Shown here: piece after piece, positions 53,128 to 60,577 of the stretch | Position numbering within the stretch: position 1 is the stretch's first letter | Layout of the letters: the number at the start of each line of letters is the position of its first letter | Source of the DNA: a candidate division GN15 bacterium | Lineage (GTDB): Bacteria > Zixibacteria > MSB-5A5 > GN15 > FEB-12 | Assembly (NCBI GenBank): GCA_014727815.1 | Contig: WJMS01000257.1 | Location: 1 to 60,577 of the forward strand | Direction: 5' to 3' | Length of the DNA: 60,577 bases | Translations under genes and position numbers: made by a program | Notes under the pieces: model-generated | Seen by the model: only the letters and a program-made list of their open reading frames with translations | Databases searched by the model: none | Told to the model about the DNA's origin: nothing

Positions 53128-54263
53128 TACATGATCACCAGCTCGGCCTGCAGCGCCCCGGCCTGTTTGAGCGCCTGGAAGATCGCCACGATGTCACGCG
53201 GGGTGGCGCCGATTCGATTGAGCGCACTGGCGACATCGGAGAGGTAGACCGACTCCTCCAGATGCACCACCCGGGCGACATCCTGCTGGACATTTATCGA
53301 CGGTTCCTGGGTGACGACCGTCTCCCCCTGGCTGAACGGCGCCGGCTGGGAGATGATCGGTGAGGATTGGATCGACACGGTAATCGTGCCGTGGGCAATC
53401 GCCACCGGTTCGATCTTGACGAATTGCCCGGCCACGATCGTGCCGGTCTTTTCGTTTATCACGACGCGAGCTGTCTGGTCGGGCACCACCTGCAGGTGGC
53501 CAATATCGGAGATAAACTCCATCCGCAGGGTCGGGTACATCAGCGTATCGGGTACAATCACCCGAACCGTACCGCCATCGACCGGATAAGCCACGTGGCC
53601 GTACTTGATGTTGATTCGTTCCGCAACGCGGTGCGATGTGGTCGGGTCGGGTGTACGAAGCGAGAGATAGAGTTCCTTTTCGCTGCCCGGGGTGGGCATG
53701 ACCGGGTTGACGATCCGTCCACCGTTGGGGACCCGTCCGACCAGCGTATAGTTGTTGAATATCTTGTTGCCTTCATCGACCTGAACGTTGAAGCCGCCGA
53801 TCGAGACCGGTCCCTGGGCGGTGGCCCGGACCTGACCATTGGGGTCCGACAACTGCGTCAGCAGCAAGGTCCCGCCCTGAAGTGAGGATGCATCGCCAAG
53901 CGACGATACGGTTACATCGATATAGCTGCCCTGAGCATAATCACTGGAGATGCGGGCGGTGACCATGACGGCGGCGACGTTCTTGACTTTGACATCGTCA
54001 GGATCAACCGTCAGCCCCATCCGCTCCATCATGTTGACGAGCGACTGGGTGGTGAACTGCGTGCCGTTACCATCGCCGGTACCATCGAGACCGACCACCA
54101 GGCCGTAGCCGAGCAGGTCGACATCCTGGGTGTTCTGGAAGGCCGCGATATCTTTGATGCGCACTCGGGCCCCTTCGGCGCTCGGCGCCAGCAGCATGAT
54201 CAGCCAGACGATAGCCGTCAGGCCAACCGGCAGGAGCAGGCGATTGTAGATCATCATCAGCAT
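53127..54263 (-). CDS. flgI: flagellar P-ring protein FlgI
   Basis: RIKDIAAFQNTQDVDLLGYGLVVGLDGTGD ... IVAIFQALKQAGALQAELVIM is canonical FlgI. 378 aa. Confidence 0.95.
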   Translation of the reverse strand: MLMMIYNRLLLPVGLTAIVWLIMLLAPSAEGARVRIKDIAAFQNTQDVDLLGYGLVVGLDGTGDGNGTQFTTQSLVNMMERMGLTVDPDDVKVKNVAAVMVTARISSDYAQGSYIDVTVSSLGDASSLQGGTLLLTQLSDPNGQVRATAQGPVSIGGFNVQVDEGNKIFNNYTLVGRVPNGGRIVNPVMPTPGSEKELYLSLRTPDPTTSHRVAERINIKYGHVAYPVDGGTVRVIVPDTLMYPTLRMEFISDIGHLQVVPDQTARVVINEKTGTIVAGQFVKIEPVAIAHGTITVSIQSSPIISQPAPFSQGETVVTQEPSINVQQDVARVVHLEESVYLSDVASALNRIGATPRDIVAIFQALKQAGALQAELVIM

Positions 54264-54272
54264 AACCGCCTC

Positions 54273-54863
54273 CTAAAACAGCCAGTTGAACAGCCGCGTG
54301 AAGAAGCCCGGACGCGCTGCGGTGTTGGCGTTGCCTTTGCCGGTGTAGTGAATTTCCGCGTCCGCTACCAGATGGGAGTAAATCGTATTGTCCGAGGTGA
54401 TGTCTTTCGGGCGAACGACACCGGTAATCGTGATCGTCTCCCGGTCACCCGAGATACCGAGCACACGCGTCCCTTCAATCACGAGGTTGCCGTTCGGCAT
54501 CACTTCGATTATGGTGCAGGTAATCCTGGCACGGATCGATCCCTGGCGCAGATTTTCACCCTTGCCGTCGAACTTGGCGTCATCGCTGGCATTGAACCCA
54601 AACAGCGGAATGTGTCCGAAAATCGGGCCGGTGCCGGGACCACCCGAGGTACTGACCTCGCTGGATTTTTCCGTCTTGGTTTCGACCTGCGACGATGCCC
54701 GGTTTTGCTCTTCGATCAGGATAGTCACGATATCGCCGACGTTGTGGGCTTTGATATCGGAGAAGAGCGACTGCCCGCGGCCGAAGTCCTGACCCTGCAG
54801 ACGCAGTGACAGCGGCAGCAGCAGCATGATGGCCAGGATCAGTAGGATCTTTCTGATACTCAT
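54273..54863 (-). CDS. flgH: flagellar L-ring protein FlgH
   Basis: SLFSDIKAHNVGDIVTILIEE...NLVIEGTRVLGISGDRETITITGVVRPKDI is the FlgH pattern. A signal peptide is present but there is no lipobox Cys. Confidence 0.9.
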   Translation of the reverse strand: MSIRKILLILAIMLLLPLSLRLQGQDFGRGQSLFSDIKAHNVGDIVTILIEEQNRASSQVETKTEKSSEVSTSGGPGTGPIFGHIPLFGFNASDDAKFDGKGENLRQGSIRARITCTIIEVMPNGNLVIEGTRVLGISGDRETITITGVVRPKDITSDNTIYSHLVADAEIHYTGKGNANTAARPGFFTRLFNWLF

Positions 54864-54886
54864 ATCTCTACCCTCGAATCCTATTC

Positions 54887-55576
54887 TTAGGGTGTAACGG
54901 TGACCGAGTTGTTATCGGAGATTTCGGCGGTGATGATCTTGCCCGACGAGCTGTTGCGTACGCGGACGATTTCACCGCGGTAGCCGGTTTCGAGCGCTTT
55001 GCCAAGCGCCGTAATCGTGCAGGGTCCGTCCTCAAACACGATCGTGACGTCATTGCCGGCTTCGACATCCGGGATCGCCTCGATATCGCGCATGGTGACG
55101 ATATCGCCGCGACGGATATTGCGCGCCGCTCGAAGACCAAGCGCATTGTTGACGTCCAACAGCGGCTGTTCACGCAGCCGGGTGATGTCGCGTCGTTCGA
55201 CCGTCAGGCGATCGGCCTGCATCAGGTCGAACCGGCCGAAGCGATCCGTCGCGCAGACTACTTCGGCGAAGCGAGTGATGCGAAGCCGGACCTGGGCCTG
55301 TTCGGTGTTGCCGGCGGCATCGGTAATCGTTGTCAGGACACTGAACAGCCCGATCGGGTCCTTGCGGGTGAGGGCCTTGTCCACCACGACCGTCACGTCA
55401 TCCTGGACATGATCCAGCCGACCGGTGAGCACTTCAAACTCGTACCACTCCGGGTCGAGTTCGTACGTATCGATGACCCAGTCGATCACGTCGTCTTTGG
55501 GCGATGCCGCTGCGATCGAGATCGACGACAGGGTCAGGATGAGAATCCAGAAGATGATTTTACGGAGTCGTTCCAT
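54887..55576 (-). CDS. flgA: flagellar P-ring assembly chaperone FlgA
   Basis: Signal peptide plus a C-terminal SAF-like region (RGDIVTMRDI...GNDVTIVFEDG...GEIVRVRNSSSGKIITAEI). Confidence 0.8.
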   Translation of the reverse strand: MERLRKIIFWILILTLSSISIAAASPKDDVIDWVIDTYELDPEWYEFEVLTGRLDHVQDDVTVVVDKALTRKDPIGLFSVLTTITDAAGNTEQAQVRLRITRFAEVVCATDRFGRFDLMQADRLTVERRDITRLREQPLLDVNNALGLRAARNIRRGDIVTMRDIEAIPDVEAGNDVTIVFEDGPCTITALGKALETGYRGEIVRVRNSSSGKIITAEISDNNSVTVTP

Positions 55577-55582
55577 GACTAC

Positions 55583-56371
55583 TTATCTCTTCAGTTGGTT
55601 GGCGATTTGCGCCATGTCATCGGATGTTTGAATGGCTTTGGAGTTCATTTCGTAGGCGCGCTGGGCGACGATCATGTTGACCATCTCATCGACCACGCTC
55701 ACATTGGAGCCTTCGAGAAAACCCTGGTCAACCGTTCCCAGGCCTTCCAGGCCGGGGTTGTCGGTGATCGGGTCGCCCGAGGCGCTGGTCTGCACCATGA
55801 GGTTGCGGCCCACCGCCGCCAGACCGGCCGGGTTGACAAAGCGGGCCAGTTCGATCTGCCCCACCTGGACGGCATCGGTCTGACCGAACTGTAAAACCTC
55901 GACTGTGCCGTCACTTCCGATCGAAACCGACACGGCGTCCTCGGGAATAGTGATCTCCGGTTCGAGGAAATAGCCATCGGAGGTGACCAGTCGGCCGTCG
56001 GCCGACAGCTTGAAGGACCCATCGCGGGTGTACGCAATCGTGCCGTCAAGCTGGGTCACCTGGAAGAAACCGTCGCCACGGATAGCCATATCGAACGGGT
56101 TGTCGGTCTGCATCAGGTCGCCGGTGGTGAACTGGCGGATGGTGGCCGATGGTTTCGTGCCGTAACCAATCGAAAGCCCGGTGGGCACGCGCGAGCCGAC
56201 AGCCGATGCGGCGCCGGCGCGACGGTAGTTCTGGTAGAGCACATCCTGGAATTCGAGATTGGTCTTCTTGAATCCGGTCGTGCTGACGTTGGCCAGGTTG
56301 TTGGCGATATTGTCGACATTCATCTGCTGCGCGGACATGCCGGTTGCAGCGGTTCGAAGGGCTTTAATCAT
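55583..56371 (-). CDS. flgG: flagellar distal rod protein FlgG
   Basis: MIKALRTAATGMSAQQMNVDNIANNLANVSTTGFKK ... VVDEMVNMIVAQRAYEMNSKAIQTSDDM. 262 aa. Confidence 0.95.
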   Translation of the reverse strand: MIKALRTAATGMSAQQMNVDNIANNLANVSTTGFKKTNLEFQDVLYQNYRRAGAASAVGSRVPTGLSIGYGTKPSATIRQFTTGDLMQTDNPFDMAIRGDGFFQVTQLDGTIAYTRDGSFKLSADGRLVTSDGYFLEPEITIPEDAVSVSIGSDGTVEVLQFGQTDAVQVGQIELARFVNPAGLAAVGRNLMVQTSASGDPITDNPGLEGLGTVDQGFLEGSNVSVVDEMVNMIVAQRAYEMNSKAIQTSDDMAQIANQLKR

Positions 56372-56402
56372 CGCGTCACTCCTATGTTCGCGAACTCATG
56401 TG

Positions 56403-57134
56403 CTATTCGTTGCCGGCGACCCGTCGGAAGAGATGATCCAGCGACTGGTCCTGCGACTGCAGTGACCGGGCGTTGGCCTCGTACTCGCGGTAGGTGATGA
56501 TCATGTCGACCATCTCCCCGACCACGTCGACATTGGCCGCCTCGAGATATCCCTGCTGAAGTTCGGCGCGCAGCGGCGGGATCAGCTCCTGTCCCGGCGG
56601 TACGCCGAAGAGGGCGCCGCCGAGTTTCTCGAGCGCCGACTGATCCGGCACATCGACCGGGACAATCCGGTCGGTCGAGAAACCGTCGACGGAGACTTCG
56701 CCGCTCGGATCAATCGTCACCTTCCCCTCGCCCACCTGCACCGGGCCGCCCTCGCCGATCAGCCGGTAGCCGCCGGGGAAAGCCATGAATCCCTGGTTGT
56801 CGACCGTGAAGTTGCCGGATCGGGTCAGGTAGATATTGCCCTGGTCATCCTGGAGCTGGAAGAACCCGTCGCCATCGATGGCGATATTGAGCGGGTTGCC
56901 GGTGTGGTTGAAGGTGCCCGAGGAGTAGTCGGTGTACACCTGGTCGACCATCGGCTTCTCCCACGACGACTTGGTGGGGGTACGTTTCTGCTCGGCTCGA
57001 CTGAGTTCCTTGGTGAACATCATGTCCTTCTTGTAGCCGGGCGAGGCGACGTTCGCGATGTTGTTCGCGATCAGTTCCTGCTTGCGCGCCCGGGGGATCA
57101 TCCCCGACGCGGATGTATGAATACCTTTCAGCAT
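56403..57134 (-). CDS. flgF: flagellar proximal rod protein FlgF
   Basis: MLKGIHTSASGMIPRARKQELIANNIANVASPGYKK ... EMVDMIITYREYEANARSLQ. ATG at 57134 is preceded by GGAGGA. The tracked 21-codon extension was rejected. Confidence 0.85.
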   Translation of the reverse strand: MLKGIHTSASGMIPRARKQELIANNIANVASPGYKKDMMFTKELSRAEQKRTPTKSSWEKPMVDQVYTDYSSGTFNHTGNPLNIAIDGDGFFQLQDDQGNIYLTRSGNFTVDNQGFMAFPGGYRLIGEGGPVQVGEGKVTIDPSGEVSVDGFSTDRIVPVDVPDQSALEKLGGALFGVPPGQELIPPLRAELQQGYLEAANVDVVGEMVDMIITYREYEANARSLQSQDQSLDHLFRRVAGNE

Positions 57135-57156
57135 AGAATCCTCCGTCACCGGACAT

Positions 57157-57172
57157 AGCAGGGGCTGTGCCA
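57157..57172 (-). promoter_or_regulatory. sigma-54 (-24/-12) type promoter upstream of flgF
   Basis: Minus strand: TGGCACagcccCTGCT, with correctly spaced GG and GC elements, ending 22 nt upstream of the flgF ATG. SD GGAGGA lies in between. Confidence 0.5.
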
Positions 57173-57309
57173 AGCGTGCGAACGCCAGCGCAAGCAACTA
57201 TACTACAGGTGGTTACAGGAACGGCCGGGACGCGCGAGGAGGGCGGATCGGGGCTGATTCGGGAATCGGTTTCTGAGTCAACGAGAAATTATTTCCGGGC
57301 AACGGCCGG

Positions 57310-57522
57310 CTATTTGGGCAGGTCTTCGTACTTGGCCTTGGTCTTGTTGATGAGCGTGTCCATGGCCTCGTGGAACCGTTCCTCGCTGTATAGTTCCCCG
57401 TTCGACTTCTGGTAGAGGACGCAATCGGTGCGGTAACCGAAACAGCGCAGTTCCTCGGCCAGATAGCAGGCGCGGATGTAGGCGCAGCGGCTGATTTTCT
57501 GTGATTCACGGGTACTGCTCAT
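57310..57522 (-). CDS. small Cys-containing hypothetical protein (70 aa)
   Basis: Protein-like Lys/Glu-rich composition and GC-rich third codon positions like its neighbours. Four Cys (C13, C19, C27, C34). Occupies an otherwise empty gap in the flagellar cluster. No family recognised. Confidence 0.55.
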   Translation of the reverse strand: MSSTRESQKISRCAYIRACYLAEELRCFGYRTDCVLYQKSNGELYSEERFHEAMDTLINKTKAKYEDLPK

Positions 57523-57828
57523 GTTCTACTCTATCGGCAGGGTGGGCCGTTTCGTGAGCAGGGATCGCCATGTTTTGTCCTGAAACAGCAGGCAGGGGCG
57601 GAAGCAAAGATAGCCGGTAAGGTAGCGCAGCAGCCTGCACAGTCCCCTGGCCATCAGCCAAAAAGCGGTTGGATTCGAAGACCGGGGGGACTATATTGTA
57701 TAAGATTTACATGCTTTGCCGGCATATGGTTACGCTGATCGCAACGGACGAACGCCGGCAGCCATCAGTGGCTTCAATTGGTCCTCCAGGATTCTTGCAC
57801 GGATTTTGCTGAAACAGACGGGCAAACC

Positions 57829-59151
57829 ATGACTGTACAGAAAGCGATACGAACAGATATGGCCAAACAGGTACGTATACTTCTGCTGATCGGCGCGCTG
57901 ATGCTTCTGGCCGCGGTCTCCTCGCGCGCCCAGACCGATCCCGGGATTCCCGATACCCTCCGGATCGATGACGCGGTCGCGTTCACCAATACCGGCTCGG
58001 GCGTGCTGCCGGTCTATCTCTTCAACGATGAAGAGTTGGCGTACTTCGAACTGACACTTGAGATGAGTTCATCGGCGATCGACTTCGACTCCGTATCGTT
58101 CGTCGGGACGCGTTTCGAGGACGCCGGTTTCCGGGTTTACAGAGACTTGGACAGCAGCACGACTTTCACGCTTGGGGCTCAGCAGACCACGGATCTGCTG
58201 CCGGCCGGATCAGGACTGGCGGCTCGTATTTACTTTTCGTTCGAGACCAGCATCACACCAATGACCGTCACTTTTGACACAACCACATTCCTCACGCCGA
58301 GCAATATTGAGTACTCAACAACGGTGAGCGAAGATCCCTTCGACCCGCCGTTCGTCCCGCAGTTCGTGCCCGGATCATTAACAATCGAGGAGCCGCCGCC
58401 GATTCTCGATTCGGTCTGGATTGCCGATGTGCAGTCGGAGCCGACCCAGAGCTTCGCTGCCGATGTCCACCTCTTCAACGAGACCGACATCCTGAACATG
58501 CAGCTCTCGCTCGACTACGGTTCGCCCTACCTGAGCTACGACTCGGTGTCGTTTACCGGTGTGCGGGGCGCCTCGGCAAATTCCAAGCAGGTCTTCCCCT
58601 TCACCAGCATGCAACGGTTACAGATTCAGCTCGACTGGACCGAGGGCTCTCCCCTGACACCGGGCGACGGAGTACTGATGCGGCTGCATTTCACGGTCGA
58701 CTCGACAGCCGTCGACACCTCGATCACGATCGACACGGCCATCGGACAGAATAACTTCATCACGCAGACCGCAGCGGCCGGGGGCGAGCAGTTCACGCCG
58801 ATCTTCAACAGCGGTATCGTGAGCATTCAGATTTCGACCGATGTGGGTGATGATCCCGATCAGCCCCTGCCCGACAATTACTACCTGAGTCAGAATTACC
58901 CGAACCCGTTTAATCCGACCACCTATATCGAGTTCTCGATTCCACAGGCCGGTCACGTGCGACTCGATGTTTTCAACGTCCTCGGACGTCGCGTGCGGAC
59001 CCTGCTCGATGACGAGTTGTCGGCCGGGATGCACCGGGTGATGTTTGACGGTCGCTCCGAGACGGGTGGCCAGCTCTCGACCGGTGTCTACCTCTACCGC
59101 CTGAGTACCGAAAGCTACACCGAGAGCAAGAAGATGTTGATGATGAAGTAA
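57829..59151 (+). CDS. secreted protein with two tandem cohesin-like modules and a T9SS C-terminal sorting domain
   Basis: The only credible plus-strand gene. Signal peptide MAKQVRILLLIGALMLLAAVSSRAQ; the start is ATG 57829 or 57859. Two ~150 aa repeats share LFNxxx...DSVSFxGxR. The C-terminus NYPNPFNPTTYIEF...GVYLYRL...KKMLMMK is a Por secretion tail. Confidence 0.8.
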   Translation: MTVQKAIRTDMAKQVRILLLIGALMLLAAVSSRAQTDPGIPDTLRIDDAVAFTNTGSGVLPVYLFNDEELAYFELTLEMSSSAIDFDSVSFVGTRFEDAGFRVYRDLDSSTTFTLGAQQTTDLLPAGSGLAARIYFSFETSITPMTVTFDTTTFLTPSNIEYSTTVSEDPFDPPFVPQFVPGSLTIEEPPPILDSVWIADVQSEPTQSFAADVHLFNETDILNMQLSLDYGSPYLSYDSVSFTGVRGASANSKQVFPFTSMQRLQIQLDWTEGSPLTPGDGVLMRLHFTVDSTAVDTSITIDTAIGQNNFITQTAAAGGEQFTPIFNSGIVSIQISTDVGDDPDQPLPDNYYLSQNYPNPFNPTTYIEFSIPQAGHVRLDVFNVLGRRVRTLLDDELSAGMHRVMFDGRSETGGQLSTGVYLYRLSTESYTESKKMLMMK

Positions 59152-59178
59152 GAATGTCGCGCGGTAGGAGTATGTACG

Positions 59179-59215
59179 AAAGGGCCACCCGTGAGTCGGG
59201 CGGCCCTTTCTTTTG
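59179..59215. terminator. bidirectional rho-independent terminator between the plus-strand T9SS gene and fliJ
   Basis: AAAGGGCCACCCG-TGAGT-CGGGCGGCCCTTT (12 bp, one mismatch) followed by CTTTTGGG on the plus strand. An A-run on the other side serves the minus strand. Confidence 0.75.
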
Positions 59216-59236
59216 GGTGAGATAGAGGGGTGCGAG

Positions 59237-59686
59237 TTATCTCTGCTGGTTGAGACGGAAAGTCTGCAAGGCTATCTCATCGTTTTCTATCTTCTCGAGG
59301 TGTTCGATCTCTTTGACGAATCGTTCCTGCTGCTTTTCTTTGAGTTTCTCATAGATCTGCCGCTCCTGCGATGCCTGCACCAGTTTCTGGCGCCGCTTCT
59401 CGGCCTCGGCCTGGTAGCCGCGAAGGGTCTCCCGGCCGACCATCGTGTCACGCTTCAGTTTCACCAGGAAGCGAGAGCAGGCCTGCAAATGGGCCAGCGA
59501 CAGCGTGCCGTGCAGGCGGCCCCGTTGCTGGTTCAGCGTCGACAGTCGATTCTGGTCGATCTGCTCCAGACGACGGTTCTGGTCGTAGACCTGCTGCAGC
59601 GCCTCGGCGTGTTCTTTCTGTCGTTCCCGCTCCCGATGCTCCTTGATCTTCAGCAGCGACGCGAGCCTGTAGCGGAACTTCTTCAC
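59237..59686 (-). CDS. fliJ: flagellar export protein FliJ
   Basis: 149 aa coiled-coil (FRYRLASLLKIKEHRERERQKE...) immediately after fliI, with a 4 nt overlap. Confidence 0.7.
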   Translation of the reverse strand: MKKFRYRLASLLKIKEHRERERQKEHAEALQQVYDQNRRLEQIDQNRLSTLNQQRGRLHGTLSLAHLQACSRFLVKLKRDTMVGRETLRGYQAEAEKRRQKLVQASQERQIYEKLKEKQQERFVKEIEHLEKIENDEIALQTFRLNQQR

Positions 59687-60577
59687 TTCTCACCACCCGG
59701 GCTTTCCAGCAGCGCCTGCAGATTCGAAACCGACTGCTCGTGATCGACCGTCTCCATGATCCCCTGGCGCAGAAGCGTGTTGAGATCATCGATCTTGTCG
59801 ATCGCCCGGTCGATCCTGGCGCTCGAGCCTTTGACATAGGCGCCGACATTGATCAAGTCTTCCGATTCACGATAGGTGGCGACTATCCTGCGAACCTCGG
59901 CAGCCAGTTCCTTTTCCTGCTCGGTGGCAACCTCGGGGGCCAGGCGGCTGACGGAATCGAGGACATCGACTGCCGGATACTGGTTCATCGAAGCCAGCCG
60001 TCGCGACAGCGACACGTGTCCGTCGAGTATCGACCGGACCGCATCGGAGATCGGCTCGTTCATGTCATCGCCTTCCACCAAGACCGTGTACAGTCCGGTG
60101 ATCGACCCCTCTTCGGTCATGCCCGCCCGTTCCAGCAGAACCGGCAGCATAGCAAACACCGAGGGCGTGTAACCTTTGGTGGCGGGCGGTTCACCGATAG
60201 CCAGGCCGATTTCGCGCTGGGCCATCGCGATGCGGGTAACCGAATCCATCAAGAGCAGAACATTCTTACCCTGGTCGCGGAAGTACTCAGCAATAGTCGT
60301 GGCGGTCATGGCGCCCTTGATACGCACCAGTGCCGGTTCGTCGGAGCTGACGGCAACGACAACCGACCGCTTGAGACCTTCCGGACCGAGGTCGCGTTCG
60401 ATAAACTCACGTACCTCTCGCCCCCGTTCACCGACCAGGGCAATGACGTTGACATCGGCCGATGTCCCCCGGGACATCATGCCGAGCATAACCGACTTGC
60501 CGACCCCGGAACCGGCGAAAATACCCATGCGCTGCCCCTGCCCGACGGGCGTGAGCAGATCGATCGCTTTGATGCCG
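59683..60577 (-). CDS. fliI: flagellum-specific ATPase FliI (C-terminal ~297 aa; 5' end beyond window)
   Basis: The reading frame stays open to the window edge: ...GIKAIDLLTPVGQGQRMGIFAGSGVGKS (Walker A), LLLMDSVTR (Walker B). The tracked Met at 60528 is internal. Confidence 0.95.
   Translation of the reverse strand, partial: GIKAIDLLTPVGQGQRMGIFAGSGVGKSVMLGMMSRGTSADVNVIALVGERGREVREFIERDLGPEGLKRSVVVAVSSDEPALVRIKGAMTATTIAEYFRDQGKNVLLLMDSVTRIAMAQREIGLAIGEPPATKGYTPSVFAMLPVLLERAGMTEEGSITGLYTVLVEGDDMNEPISDAVRSILDGHVSLSRRLASMNQYPAVDVLDSVSRLAPEVATEQEKELAAEVRRIVATYRESEDLINVGAYVKGSSARIDRAIDKIDDLNTLLRQGIMETVDHEQSVSNLQALLESPGGEK

Noticed and set aside
1-60577. Screen for CRISPR arrays, IS elements, integrases, phage genes, toxin-antitoxin pairs and known defence systems
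   Set aside because: I noticed no regularly spaced direct repeats, no transposase, recombinase or reverse-transcriptase-like translations, and no abrupt compositional islands. The window looks like core chromosome plus surface and flagellar accessory genes.

Overview
GC-rich (roughly 60%) bacterial chromosomal window. All calls come from reading the supplied translations and the DNA by eye; no searches were run. 52 of 53 credible coding genes lie on the minus strand, in tightly packed and often overlapping arrays.

Gene content, left to right:
- miaA-mutL-mutS, a SPOR-domain protein and a LapA/LapB-like envelope pair.
- An exopolysaccharide export module: Wza-like exporter, cytoplasmic TPR protein, stand-alone BY tyrosine kinase and a DUF3473-type deacetylase.
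- A signalling block: a fused RsbW-type kinase/HAMP/PP2C phosphatase, a STAS protein, a tiny HTH-like ORF and a GGDEF cyclase.
- A 1004 aa surface protein with a T9SS-type C-terminal domain, followed by a FadL/PorV-like barrel fused to TPRs.
- folD-ymdB-rny-zapA-zapB-like-pheST-rplT-rpmI-infC-thrS and tRNA-Val(GAC).
- A 923 aa secreted protein ending in a dockerin-like module.
- A roughly 570 nt gene-free, repeat- and hairpin-rich spacer.
- A roughly 23 kb flagellar cluster, in transcription order: fliI (5'-truncated by the window edge), fliJ, flgF, flgG, flgA, flgH, flgI, flgJ, flgN, flgK, csrA, flgL, fliW, a TPR-GT2 glycosyltransferase, a 726 aa flagellin, fliD, fliS, a FliT/FlgN-like gene, flgM and an HDOD gene. 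It is interrupted by the single plus-strand gene, which encodes a tandem cohesin-like protein with a T9SS tail.

I saw no rRNA, CRISPR array, transposase, integrase or phage genes. The many long plus-strand ORFs are antisense artefacts of high-GC coding sequence.

Most interesting hypotheses:
1. A sigma-less partner-switching module wired to a diguanylate cyclase (HsbR/HsbA/HsbD-like logic), possibly tied to the FlgM/sigma-28 circuit.
2. Oversized filament proteins, including a flagellin whose roughly 445 aa insertion sits at a non-canonical position, next to a TPR-GT2 enzyme and a FliW-CsrA pair with a GGA-rich flagellin leader.
3. A dockerin protein and a cohesin-like T9SS protein encoded in the same window.
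4. The structured non-coding spacer at 36830-37402.

Canonical TTGACA/TATAAT-type, sigma-28-type and one sigma-54-type promoter candidates are visible. The lineage is not identifiable from sequence alone. The mix of T9SS-type tails, diderm markers (FlgH/FlgI, LapAB) and Firmicute-like synteny suggests an uncultivated diderm phylum.
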